Origin: Promethearchaeota archaeon
Lineage (GTDB): Archaea > Asgardarchaeota > Lokiarchaeia > Sigyniarchaeales > SOKP01
Assembly (NCBI GenBank): GCA_016839765.1
Contig: JAEOTP010000008.1
Span: 1-25,405 of the forward strand
Reading direction: 5' to 3'
Length of the DNA stretch: 25,405 bases
Positions 17,301-25,405 of the stretch are shown one piece after another. The translations under genes and the position numbers were made by a program. How positions within the stretch are numbered: the stretch's first letter is position 1; each line of letters opens with the position of its first letter. The notes below the pieces were generated by a model. The model did not search any database and was not told the DNA's origin. It was given only the letters and a program-made list of their open reading frames with translations.

Positions 17301-18616
17301 TCGTCTTTAATTGATGCTTCGATCAAACTCCTAATTTCTCTAAAATCATTAATTTTTTCCAGAAATTTAAATATTTCAGGAATTTTAGACTTTTCTAATA
17401 CTTTTTTGATTTTAGGGATTTTTTCTAATGAATTTTTAATATTAATTAAATCTCTTGCATTTGAAGATCTAGAATAATTAATTTTATTGATATATCTCTC
17501 AAGATCTCCTGTGATTTTTAATTCTTCTCTTAACTCCGATCTTAAGAAAATATCGGCTTTAAATTTCTGGACAATATTAAGACGGTGATTTATCTTATCT
17601 ATATTAGTAAGTGGTTGTAAGATGATCTTCTTTAATAAACGAGCGCCCATTGGTGTATGAGTATGATTAAAGTTGGAGTATAATGTTGTATCTCTCCCTT
17701 TTTCCCATAATGATGTAATTAATTCTAAATTTCTTTGAGTAATATAATCTAGATGTAAAATTTCTTTTTCTTGGATTAATTTTATTTCAAAAATATTTGG
17801 TAAAACATCTCTTTGGGTTTCTTTTAAAAATGCTAATAACCCACCAGCTGCTTGAATTGCTAATGATTTTTGTTCCAAATCAAATCCTTTAAGATTTGAA
17901 ACTTTGAAATGTCGCGTTATTAAAGAATGGGCCTCATCGTAATTGAAAATATAATCATCATATGGTTTAATTAACGCATCATTTAAATCAGTAATTAACA
18001 AAAATAGTCTCTCATCCTTCTTTAACTCTGAAGGGACAACTACTTCAACTGGATCGTATTGAGCAAAAACGCTTAATAGTTTTTCCAGTGGATCTTTTTC
18101 ATTCATAGAAAATTCAGTCGTTATAAATTCACCAGTAGAAAGATCCGCAAAGGCAATCCCAAAACCAGTTCTTTGTCGAATTATCGAACAAATATAGTTA
18201 TTTTCATTAGATTTTAACATATCTGATTCAATAATTGTACCTGGAGAAAGAATTCTTACAACTCCTCGTTTTACAATTCTTCCTTTCACTGTAGATGGAT
18301 CCTCTAACTGATCAACCAAAACCACCGTTTGTCCTAAATTTACTAAATTTTTTAAATAATTACCTGCGTGATGAGGGATGCCAGCTAGAGGATAGGAATC
18401 CTCTCCAAACTTTCTCTTAGTTAAAGTAATGCCTAATAGATTAGATACTCTTACAGCGTCCTCATAGAAAAATTCATAAAAATCTCCCATTCTATAAGCT
18501 AAAATATGTTCAGGATATTTTTTCTTGTATTGCTCCTTGACACTATACCAATGTTTCATCATTGGGGTTAGATCTTTTAGATTAAGTTCCTCTATTGAGA
18601 CTTTATCCTTCATCAT
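14360..18616 (-). CDS. mutS: DNA mismatch repair protein MutS (MutS1 type) precursor containing an intein; ~970 aa after splicing
   Basis: TPMMKHW, mismatch-binding GDFYEFF, TPMGARLL, Walker A GPNMAGK|ST split by the intein, STFMIEM, DELGRGTS, STHYH and SYGINVAKLAG. Confidence 0.97.
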   Translation of the reverse strand: MMKDKVSIEELNLKDLTPMMKHWYSVKEQYKKKYPEHILAYRMGDFYEFFYEDAVRVSNLLGITLTKRKFGEDSYPLAGIPHHAGNYLKNLVNLGQTVVLVDQLEDPSTVKGRIVKRGVVRILSPGTIIESDMLKSNENNYICSIIRQRTGFGIAFADLSTGEFITTEFSMNEKDPLEKLLSVFAQYDPVEVVVPSELKKDERLFLLITDLNDALIKPYDDYIFNYDEAHSLITRHFKVSNLKGFDLEQKSLAIQAAGGLLAFLKETQRDVLPNIFEIKLIQEKEILHLDYITQRNLELITSLWEKGRDTTLYSNFNHTHTPMGARLLKKIILQPLTNIDKINHRLNIVQKFKADIFLRSELREELKITGDLERYINKINYSRSSNARDLINIKNSLEKIPKIKKVLEKSKIPEIFKFLEKINDFREIRSLIEASIKDEPPTTIREGNIIKYGFNEEIDDLRDILNNGKKYVLEYENEQKSRWRLNSGFKVGHNNILGYYIQITLNTLKSIPKLPEEFIERQTLKNAKRFTTAKLKQLEEKIIQAEEQINDLEYEVYCRIREKVLQETVNILETAKNIAFIDVMACFAEIAEQYNYCRPVINNEDKIIIKDGRHAVVEQINLSDKFIPNDCYLDTEKDQILVITGPNMAGKCVHKDTLLFTEKGILPIISFKPDNILDETFKDSEIILIGNNGIVKTSHFYSDGIKPSIKIVSKLGYTIEGSINHPILVRTPLGKEEWKKLSKITKKDFLIINRKNNLWGNKLSIEYEPPNYEIATPVFPEGVLKYKIPDKLDEDLAYLMGLLIGDGTLTYKNSYSFTSKDEFLKREFYRINKKLFNYDVKSKKFDRSEHFVSSLYIRDFIFHLGLGYVKAHQKVIPDIILKAPKKIIINFLQGLFDTDGTADKRYGNVSYSTTSKRLASQIHVILLNFGIISTLKPKKTSGRVIYNINLYGEDSIKFYQEINFRLPRKTERKELSSPTRMTNINSVPFLEDLLKTIQKRIVENSANIPHKDKLKYNKKISGIFYSYIPQNRNISFDKLKKLIEYCQKYKIEHKELIDIQENYFFYDKIEKIKNSKAELYDFSIPDSHNFVGNGIINHNSTFLRQVALICIITQMGCFVPAKSATIGVIDQIFTRIGASDDLARRLSTFMIEMTETAKILHYATPKSLIIIDELGRGTSTSDGQSIAMATLEKLHELKAKTLFSTHYHQLTEINLTRIKNYHLDIIENEDGTINFVRKLKPGSTDKSYGINVAKLAGIPDDVIIRAFEILDQIEEKDPFRATVRENGNGARYGKYHDKLVSEKLKELEKLNFELETKHQELGICEEEISEKEKEIGKKTYEIEKLKSEISSIKKESKPKKTKKYVQTSLFKPIDVKEKVLDEDLMRLVKLLTDIDINSLTPLDALKKLIKVKEKLENL
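15320..16663 (-). mobile_element. Intein (448 aa) with LAGLIDADG homing endonuclease, inserted in the MutS P-loop
   Basis: Begins at Cys (CVHKDTLLFTEKG) right after GPNMAGK; block B SINHPILV; LAGLIDADG motifs LAYLMGLLIGDG and FLQGLFDTDG; ends YDFSIPDSHNFVGNGIINHN with +1 Ser. Confidence 0.96.
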
Positions 18617-18789
18617 AAGAAAAAATTCAACTTTAAGAAATAAATCTTACAAGTCTATTAATTTTCAGTAGAAATTTATAATATTTATTATAGATTTAAT
18701 AATAAAAGCTATTTTTCTAAATCCAAGGAGTTATGTTCAACGTTTCAATCCAAGATTTAAACAAATCGAAAAATTTCTTCGAATAACAA

Positions 18790-18818
18790 TTTCCGCTTTT
18801 TAGCGGGAAAAAAAAAAA
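18790..18818 (-). terminator. Oligo-T tract plus hairpin after the flippase-fusion gene
   Basis: An 11-A run on + (18808-18818, U-tract on the minus strand) about 11 nt after the stop codon, overlapping the TTTCCGCT-TTTT-AGCGGGAAA stem-loop. Confidence 0.55.
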
Positions 18819-18829
18819 GAGAAGTAAGT

Positions 18830-21607
18830 TTAAATTTGTAATATTTTCTTTTCTAAAGTTAAATCATACGCTTCTTTCATGGCTTCCTCATAGATATCAA
18901 TCCTAAATTTATTGTGAAGTGGACTTATCTTACTACCGAATTTGGCGACTTTACTTAATGCTTTTGGAAAGAAACCAAGAACTGGAGTGGTAACCATTAA
19001 TGCTGCTCTATTAAATTCTTGTAATGTATTATCATCATAACCACCTAAGAACCCGTCTAAAAATGCATAGAAAAATATGAACACAAAAATCCCTAATAAG
19101 AATAAGATTGCTGTATTGAGGATTTTATCTCCCAAAGGAAGTGCCCAAATTAGTTCAGTTGTAAAATATAAGACAATAAAATTGATAATTGCTGAGATTG
19201 CTGGAGTTATAAATGTTTTAAAGGGATAGATTTTATATTTAATGATTTTTTTCCGGACAATCAACCAACCAATAACATCTTTAAGAAGTACCGCAGGAAT
19301 ATAAGCCACAATTACATAGACCATATCCCTTAAGAAATAAACTAAAATAAACATAAGTAATGCTCTACTAGTCTGCTCAATAATCCATACTATCATCAAA
19401 TAACCAGTATGTCCCGTGCCTTGGAATACAGAATCAACTAGCCAAGAATAGATACCAGCAGTATGAAAAAGTAATAAGGGTACTAGAAATTTGACAGCAG
19501 GCCCACCATATTCTTCACCAGCGGCTCCTACTAAAAATTTAGCTCCTGTGGCAAAAAGAACAGATATTAAGAAAAATGCAAAATAATTCCCCCATCTAAA
19601 AGCTTGATAGATATATAGCTTCGTTAGTGTATGCTTATTATGAGAACTTGATTCACTATACGCACCTAAAAGAGTGTTTGAATATAAACTTACTATTTGA
19701 ACAATTGCGCCTAATGTCCATGTTAAATTAAACCAACCTAAATTATTGGAATAATTTGCTACAAATATTGATGTTATAAGAACTTGTATAAACCATCCTA
19801 TTTGCACAAAACCTTCTCCAACACCTAACCTTGACCCATATCGTAATGATTCTTTAACTTCCTCTTTAGAAAAATCAATTCTAAAACAGGTTTTAGGTGA
19901 AAAGCCTTGCTTTTTAAATATTAAAATTGAGAAAAAGAACGTCATCCAATAATCAAAACATCTTGCAATCGCATATCCTATACCTGCTCCCAGAGCTTCA
20001 CCAAAAACAGGATTAGCAGCACCCCACATACGTCCAAGATAACAAAAAACCACCTGCCCTACTAATAAAAATACTACTTCCCAAAAAATATATAATATTA
20101 GATAGAAATCTGAACGTTGCATCCCTTGAAAAGAATACATAAATACTAAGAATACGCCAGGATATTGAACGAATGAATATATTATAAAAATCCAACTCAT
20201 ATGAGCAAGATTAGTATAAGGAAAAATAAATGATCCCATGAATGCTATTAATGAAATTTGAATAATACCTGTAATTATTTGCCACCACACATAAATTTGA
20301 ATGTAATGTATTGATTTTTCTGGATTTTTTACTCGATATTGGGCAAAAAATTTAGCTAAAGCAAAACTAGTTCCGAAATCAAACAAGATCCATATTATTT
20401 GAAAGAAGTTGTAGGCATAATTATACCAACCAGCAGCTTGTGGGTATGGTTGTATGATTTGGGGCATAATAAAATTCGAGATTAGTAATTGTGGTAAAAC
20501 GAGAATCAACCCTATGAACAAGGTGAAAAGAAATCCGCCTAATTGGCGATGAACCCCTATAGCTTCCCAATCATCTTTTAAATCTACATGTTCCTCTAAT
20601 TTTTTTTCTAAAGCCTCAATTTCTTCCGCTTTTTTCCTTTCTTCCTCTTCTGCTCTTAGTTTTAATGTTTCAATCACCTTTTGATCGATGGTGCCTCTTG
20701 ATTTCCTTTTAACAACAATAAATAAAGCAATTGCTAAAATCGCAAGGATAATAATAATTATTCCAATTATAATTTGTTCAAAAGAGTGAGGAACTGGTGA
20801 ATAAGGCCACGAGGGGTAAATTTGAAAAGATAGATTTAAACTCTCAAAAGTTAACGCATACAAAAGGTAATTGAAATAAGGCCACACTTTAAAATCAAGA
20901 TTAGCATTTGTTTCTATCCAACCTGAAAACAAAATAACATTTCCGCTCCCCTTTGTTCTTTCAATTATAATTGCTTCCCTATTTGCTTCAATCTCCAAAT
21001 TCTTTGAAATAGGATAGACATCCACGACTCTTTCTACAGATGAATCTAAGCTATTAAGAGGGATAATAGTCATATTATTAACCTTCATATCAGGAGCAGA
21101 ATTCCAGTCAATATTGCTACTAATTGGATGGTTTGGGTTATTTACTATAAATAGCATAGATTCTTGATTTTTTGCCCTACCTGCTTCGAATAGCGTATTA
21201 TTAATCAATTCTAATTCCTCTAAAAGGGTTGCATCATCGTGTAAATTCTGCCCCATAAAAACGATCGCTCCTCCACCATTTTCGACAAAAGCGGAAATAT
21301 TTCCTTGTTCTAATGCATTTAACTGAGGGTCGAATAGTAAAACAACATCAATCCATGAACCTATTGAGGTTAATGGTTCAGAATCAGACTGTATTGAGAT
21401 ATTAAAATTTTCTTGATCAATCCCAAGGCTTTGAATAAATAAATCATCATTTCCCTTACTAATTACTAAAATATTTCTCCTAGTACTTGGTTGCGCAAAA
21501 GCTGGTTTTATTAATAGGAACACGACAACGTTACTTGTGATTAATGCAATCAAACAGATAATCAGTAGTTTTGATATCTTTTGTTTAGCAATTGACATAA
21601 TTATCAA
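18830..21607 (-). CDS. Large membrane protein: signal peptide, extracellular alpha/beta domain, TM, coiled linker and MOP/MATE-superfamily (flippase-like) domain
   Basis: N-terminal hydrophobic segment ending in AFA-Q; ~240-aa soluble domain (DVVLLFD...FVENGGGAIVFMG...GNVILFSG); TM at about 278-298; E/K-rich linker; then ~14 hydrophobic segments including FDFGTSFALAKF, reminiscent of polysaccharide/lipid flippases. Confidence 0.72.
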   Translation of the reverse strand: MIIMSIAKQKISKLLIICLIALITSNVVVFLLIKPAFAQPSTRRNILVISKGNDDLFIQSLGIDQENFNISIQSDSEPLTSIGSWIDVVLLFDPQLNALEQGNISAFVENGGGAIVFMGQNLHDDATLLEELELINNTLFEAGRAKNQESMLFIVNNPNHPISSNIDWNSAPDMKVNNMTIIPLNSLDSSVERVVDVYPISKNLEIEANREAIIIERTKGSGNVILFSGWIETNANLDFKVWPYFNYLLYALTFESLNLSFQIYPSWPYSPVPHSFEQIIIGIIIIILAILAIALFIVVKRKSRGTIDQKVIETLKLRAEEEERKKAEEIEALEKKLEEHVDLKDDWEAIGVHRQLGGFLFTLFIGLILVLPQLLISNFIMPQIIQPYPQAAGWYNYAYNFFQIIWILFDFGTSFALAKFFAQYRVKNPEKSIHYIQIYVWWQIITGIIQISLIAFMGSFIFPYTNLAHMSWIFIIYSFVQYPGVFLVFMYSFQGMQRSDFYLILYIFWEVVFLLVGQVVFCYLGRMWGAANPVFGEALGAGIGYAIARCFDYWMTFFFSILIFKKQGFSPKTCFRIDFSKEEVKESLRYGSRLGVGEGFVQIGWFIQVLITSIFVANYSNNLGWFNLTWTLGAIVQIVSLYSNTLLGAYSESSSHNKHTLTKLYIYQAFRWGNYFAFFLISVLFATGAKFLVGAAGEEYGGPAVKFLVPLLLFHTAGIYSWLVDSVFQGTGHTGYLMIVWIIEQTSRALLMFILVYFLRDMVYVIVAYIPAVLLKDVIGWLIVRKKIIKYKIYPFKTFITPAISAIINFIVLYFTTELIWALPLGDKILNTAILFLLGIFVFIFFYAFLDGFLGGYDDNTLQEFNRAALMVTTPVLGFFPKALSKVAKFGSKISPLHNKFRIDIYEEAMKEAYDLTLEKKILQI

Positions 21608-21661
21608 TCTGATTTAATTAAAGTTAGTATTTAATAATGAAATTTTGTTATTTATTAATCT

Positions 21662-22513
21662 TTAATTTTTTTGAATATGCTTTTCAAACCATATATACAT
21701 ATCTCGATAAACTAAAGCGCGACTTTTTTCATTCCATAGTTCATGAAGGAATCCGTCATATTCTCGATATGTTTTATCTTGGCTTTTAACCTTTTTAAAA
21801 AATTCTTGTGTCTTATTTTTATCAACAATATTATCATTTCCCGCCTGTAATATTAATACTGGGCATATTAAGCTGGTGGCGTTTTCCATAGTCCACTTCA
21901 TAGAATCCTCCATTTCTGCTGCTGATTTAACTGTAATTACCTCTAACTTTTTCTTGTCAGCAATATGTTGTCTTAAAATCTTTAAATCACTGGTTAATTG
22001 GTTCTGATCAATAAACATTGATATATTCTTAGTAGGTGAAAGTTTTGAGATTGCCCCTGTCATTTTTTTTGCTATTTTTTTACTAGCCGTTAACTTTATT
22101 GTTAATCCTAATTGAGGAGAAGATGCTATAACTCCCTGTAAACCAGGATGGTTAATTGCGTATATTAAACTTATCAATCCACCAAATGCATGCCCCATTA
22201 AAAATATTTTTTTACTCCCGGCCTTTTTTTTTATAAGATCCATAAACAATACAATATCTTTTTGAATGTGATCAATACTATCAATATGTCCTTGAATTTC
22301 AGCATTTCTCCAGTGCCCTCGTAAATCGAAAGCGTAAATACCATACCCTTTTTCTATAAAAAATTCAGCGGGGATATTCATTCTATCAGAATGAGTACCC
22401 CAACCATGAATTGCAATTAAATACACTTTCACTGTGTTGGAATCCGGCAACCAATATTGATAAAACAGTTTTTTATTCCCCCTTCCTTCAAAGTATCCAG
22501 ATTTATTTATCAC
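21662..22513 (-). CDS. Alpha/beta hydrolase, lysophospholipase/monoacylglycerol lipase-like, with nucleophile Ser replaced by Ala
   Basis: HGWGTHS, FDLRGH, nucleophile elbow GHAFGG (canonical GHSxGG), acid D in NDNIV, and FLHEL; GTG start. Confidence 0.88.
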   Translation of the reverse strand: MINKSGYFEGRGNKKLFYQYWLPDSNTVKVYLIAIHGWGTHSDRMNIPAEFFIEKGYGIYAFDLRGHWRNAEIQGHIDSIDHIQKDIVLFMDLIKKKAGSKKIFLMGHAFGGLISLIYAINHPGLQGVIASSPQLGLTIKLTASKKIAKKMTGAISKLSPTKNISMFIDQNQLTSDLKILRQHIADKKKLEVITVKSAAEMEDSMKWTMENATSLICPVLILQAGNDNIVDKNKTQEFFKKVKSQDKTYREYDGFLHELWNEKSRALVYRDMYIWFEKHIQKN

Positions 22514-22711
22514 ATCTATTCACTTATGTTATAAATTTCGACCAAAATAGATTTAATAAGAATATTAATTTCAATATTTTTATATTATTATTGCTTTTGA
22601 AAATGAATTTAATGAGAAATGCTAATTTAACAAAGCTTTATATTATTCAGTAAACTTCTTATAAAATAATATTATTTTTATATCAACATTTCAACTTTAT
22701 AGGCTATTTCA

Positions 22712-23311
22712 ATGAATGCGTCAGATAATAATGATGAAACTATAAGTCTAATTATATTAGGCAGAGGTGGTCAAGGAGCAGTCACAGCATGTGAAATTCT
22801 TGCGGAAGCAGCATATTTAAGTGGGAATTTTAAAGATGTCCACGCGTACCCTTCATTTGGTGCTGAAAGGAGAGGTGCTCCAGTTCAAGCTTATGCTAAG
22901 CTGTCCAGAGCTGAAAAAATATGGGATCGTGCCCAAATTGAACACCCGGATATTTTAATTGTATTTGATGAAACTGTTTTAGATTATGAGGTTGTATCTT
23001 CATTAAAAACTAATGGTACTTTTATTATTAATTCAGATAAAGAGCCAGAATTCTTTGTAAATCAGTTTAATTTTAGCAAAGATGTAAAAATTATTGTAGC
23101 TAATATTAGTAATTTAGCATTGGAAAAAAATTTGACTATAGACGGAAATCCAGTTATTAATACTCCTATTTTAGGATTACTATCAAGGGCTTTACCAGAT
23201 TTAACATTAGAAAATCTAAAAGAGGTAGTTTTTAATAAAATGGGCGAAAAAGTTGGAAAACTTAATTTTGAATTAATAGAGCAAGGATATAACCTCGCTA
23301 AAATATTATGA
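22712..23311 (+). CDS. 2-oxoacid:ferredoxin oxidoreductase gamma subunit (pyruvate synthase gamma-like), stand-alone
   Basis: GRGGQGAVTA, PSFGAERRGAPV and INTPILG motifs. Confidence 0.92.
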   Translation: MNASDNNDETISLIILGRGGQGAVTACEILAEAAYLSGNFKDVHAYPSFGAERRGAPVQAYAKLSRAEKIWDRAQIEHPDILIVFDETVLDYEVVSSLKTNGTFIINSDKEPEFFVNQFNFSKDVKIIVANISNLALEKNLTIDGNPVINTPILGLLSRALPDLTLENLKEVVFNKMGEKVGKLNFELIEQGYNLAKIL

Positions 23312-23318
23312 ATTCTTT

Positions 23319-25405
23319 TTAATTGATGGGTAATTTTACAATAAACGTACTTCCTTTGTTTCTTCCAGCTGATTCTGCTCTAATTTCACCTTCATGTAAA
23401 TCAATAATCTCTTTTGAAATAAATAAACCCAAACCAGTACCTTGAATATCTACGTATTCATAACCGGAACCATATCGTTCAATTTTACCAAATCTAGTAA
23501 ATAACATATACATCTCCTCCATTGTTAGACCGACACCCGTATCACTTATTCTAACTTCTGCCCAATTCCCATTTTTATTAAGACTTACTCCTATTTCTCC
23601 ATCAGGGGGTGTATTTTTTATTGCGTTTGATAATAAATTAATAATTACTTGCTCAATTCTAATTTGGTCTACCTTTACCTCTAGATTTTCGGGAGCAGAT
23701 ATAATTAAATTAAGCTTCCTTTCTTTTATCCAGTAATCTAATTCTTTAACACAATCTTTTATAATTTTACTTAAATTGGTTGATTTTTTTGTTAGTTGGA
23801 GTTTATTATAATCAACACGGGTAATATCAATCAAATTATCAACTAAATGTCTTAATCGTTTACCTCCTTTTTCTATAAGTTCAATTATTTCAAGTTGTTC
23901 TACTCCAAATTTATCTTTATATAAAGTTAATAAAAGTTCACTACCCCCACTTATTGAAACAAGAGGAGTTTTCAATTCATGAGAAACACGTGAGATTAAA
24001 TTTTTTCGAATTGTATCTAATTCCTTTAATTTTTTAACCTCTTCTTTAATTAAAAGCTCTGCTTCTTTTTGTAGTGTAATATCATTAAAAATTGCTTGAA
24101 CGTAGGTCTCCCCTCCTATACTAATCAGTCCAGCCTGTAAATTAACCCAGATTAGACTACCGTTCTTTCTATAAGTTTGTAAATCAATACGATGAACAAT
24201 CTCTCCTTTTATAAATTTTTTGAACAACTCAATGATTTTTGGTAAATAATCTGGATGAAGAACTGGAACATCTTTAAACTTTCTCCCAACTAATTCTTCT
24301 TTTTTATATCCAAAAACTTCTTCTAATCTTGGATTAATGTCAACAATAACTCCTTTAGAATCTAATAAAACTATAGAAAAGGGGGTATTTTCATAAAGAT
24401 TTCTGAATTTTTCTTCAGATTCTCTCAATTTTCTCTCCAAATTGAATTTTTCTGTAACATCAGTAATAGTTCCATCAATTTGAATAGGCCATCCCTCTTT
24501 ATCTCTAATTAAGTGAGAGTTTAATTCTAGAGTTATCTTTCTGTCTGCTTTAGTTTTAGCATGGCAAATATAACCTCTTACTACTCCCTCCTTAGCAATA
24601 ACTTCTAAATATTTCCCCCGATCTTCAGGATTTTGCCAAAATTCTGAAACATTTTTCCCTATTAAACTCTCTAAAGGATCATATCCCAAAATAACATTGT
24701 GTGCACTATTATGGTTTAGCATTTCTCCATCTAATTTAACTTGATAAAAACCCACATCTAAGTTTGCAATTAAATTGCGATATTTTTTTTCTGATTCTTT
24801 TAAATTTTCTTCTGCTATTTTTCTTTCAGTTATATCTTCTGTATGCACTACAATCAAGTCAGGACTAACATATCCATAATTTACTAAAAGATATTTCTCT
24901 TCACCCGAAAACTGAAATCTGTATTTCATTTCCCTTATAATTTGGAATTTTTCACTCATACAAAGTTTTAAATCTACTAAAATATCTTCTCGATCTTTAT
25001 ACATTTCAGAAGCTTTATATCCTAAAAAATCATTAACTGTTCCATTTGTTATTTTTGTAGCAGCCTTATTAAAATCTATTAATACAAAATCATCCTCATA
25101 TTTTTGCCAAGTATAAGCAGGAATTGGTCCCTCTTTATATATAGCTTTAAACATTTCTCCAGACTTTTTCAAATTTTGTTCTGCCTTTTTACGATCTGTA
25201 ACATTTTTACCAATCCCTAAAATTGCATAGACTATTCCATCTTTTTTTAGAGGTATACCATATGTTTCAATATAGAGATAATTTCCATCCTTTGTTTTAA
25301 TTTTATATTCGCTTTTTTTTGATTGTTTACCCGTTTTTTTTATTTCTTTCGTTACCTTATACGCTTTCATCAGATTTTCTTTATCTAATAAATTTATAAA
25401 AGATA
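23319..25405 (-). CDS. Multi-PAS sensor histidine kinase, 5' end beyond the window
   Basis: Frame stays open from 25370 to the window edge (..SFINLLDKENL-MKAY); at least four PAS/PAC units (NVTDRK, DITERK, DVTEK, DITLQK); H-box SHELKTPL, N-box NLLSNAIK, DTGVG and GTGLGL. Confidence 0.95.
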   Translation of the reverse strand, partial: SFINLLDKENLMKAYKVTKEIKKTGKQSKKSEYKIKTKDGNYLYIETYGIPLKKDGIVYAILGIGKNVTDRKKAEQNLKKSGEMFKAIYKEGPIPAYTWQKYEDDFVLIDFNKAATKITNGTVNDFLGYKASEMYKDREDILVDLKLCMSEKFQIIREMKYRFQFSGEEKYLLVNYGYVSPDLIVVHTEDITERKIAEENLKESEKKYRNLIANLDVGFYQVKLDGEMLNHNSAHNVILGYDPLESLIGKNVSEFWQNPEDRGKYLEVIAKEGVVRGYICHAKTKADRKITLELNSHLIRDKEGWPIQIDGTITDVTEKFNLERKLRESEEKFRNLYENTPFSIVLLDSKGVIVDINPRLEEVFGYKKEELVGRKFKDVPVLHPDYLPKIIELFKKFIKGEIVHRIDLQTYRKNGSLIWVNLQAGLISIGGETYVQAIFNDITLQKEAELLIKEEVKKLKELDTIRKNLISRVSHELKTPLVSISGGSELLLTLYKDKFGVEQLEIIELIEKGGKRLRHLVDNLIDITRVDYNKLQLTKKSTNLSKIIKDCVKELDYWIKERKLNLIISAPENLEVKVDQIRIEQVIINLLSNAIKNTPPDGEIGVSLNKNGNWAEVRISDTGVGLTMEEMYMLFTRFGKIERYGSGYEYVDIQGTGLGLFISKEIIDLHEGEIRAESAGRNKGSTFIVKLPIN

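Noticed and set aside
18720-18786. AATCCAAG direct repeat and a 17-codon ORF (MFNVSIQDLNKSKNFFE) after AAGGAG
   Set aside because: SD-ATG spacing is only 2 nt and the ORF is tiny; consistent with chance in the mutS upstream region.
11788-22653. Track ORFs 11788-12063, 12410-12604, 13180-13470, 13872-14114, 16700-16903, 17148-17477, 20013-20195 and 22411-22653
   Set aside because: Shadows within mutL, nagB, mutS, the flippase fusion and the hydrolase gene.
25368-25370. Track start codon for the histidine kinase
   Set aside because: The frame is open to the window edge and this Met lies inside a PAS domain.

Overview
AT-rich archaeal chromosomal window. The gene content points to an Asgard archaeon, most likely Lokiarchaeia (inference): a DUF1610 Zn-ribbon/EF-1beta pair, a stand-alone GMP synthase B subunit, bacterial-type MutS/MutL, a multi-PAS histidine kinase and GGTGA/GGAGG Shine-Dalgarno (SD) motifs. 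In order it carries: a ~1.8 kb region with three small genes (two missing from the ORF track) and a cluster of GATC / GAT-N4-ATC motifs; GMP synthase B; msrA; a long-chain acyl-CoA ligase; a small membrane protein; an ArsR-like membrane-anchored regulator; a deleted methyltransferase pseudogene; a DUF47-PiT-DUF47 phosphate transport cluster; a Zn/wHTH protein; Zn-ribbon plus EF-1beta; a hypothetical gene; mutL; nagB; mutS interrupted in its Walker A motif by a 448-aa LAGLIDADG intein; a 925-aa exodomain-MOP flippase fusion downstream of an alpha/beta hydrolase whose nucleophile Ser is replaced by Ala; an orphan 2-oxoacid:ferredoxin oxidoreductase gamma subunit; and a PAS histidine kinase cut by the window edge. 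The most notable items are the MutS intein, two genes that appear to start at ATA behind good SD sequences, the small-gene/operator-array region, the inactive-looking hydrolase plus flippase pair, a PiT lacking its second signature Asp, and a GMP synthase insertion resembling the human D1 subdomain. No rRNA, tRNA, CRISPR array or transposase was recognised. All assignments come from motif reading by eye, with no database searches.
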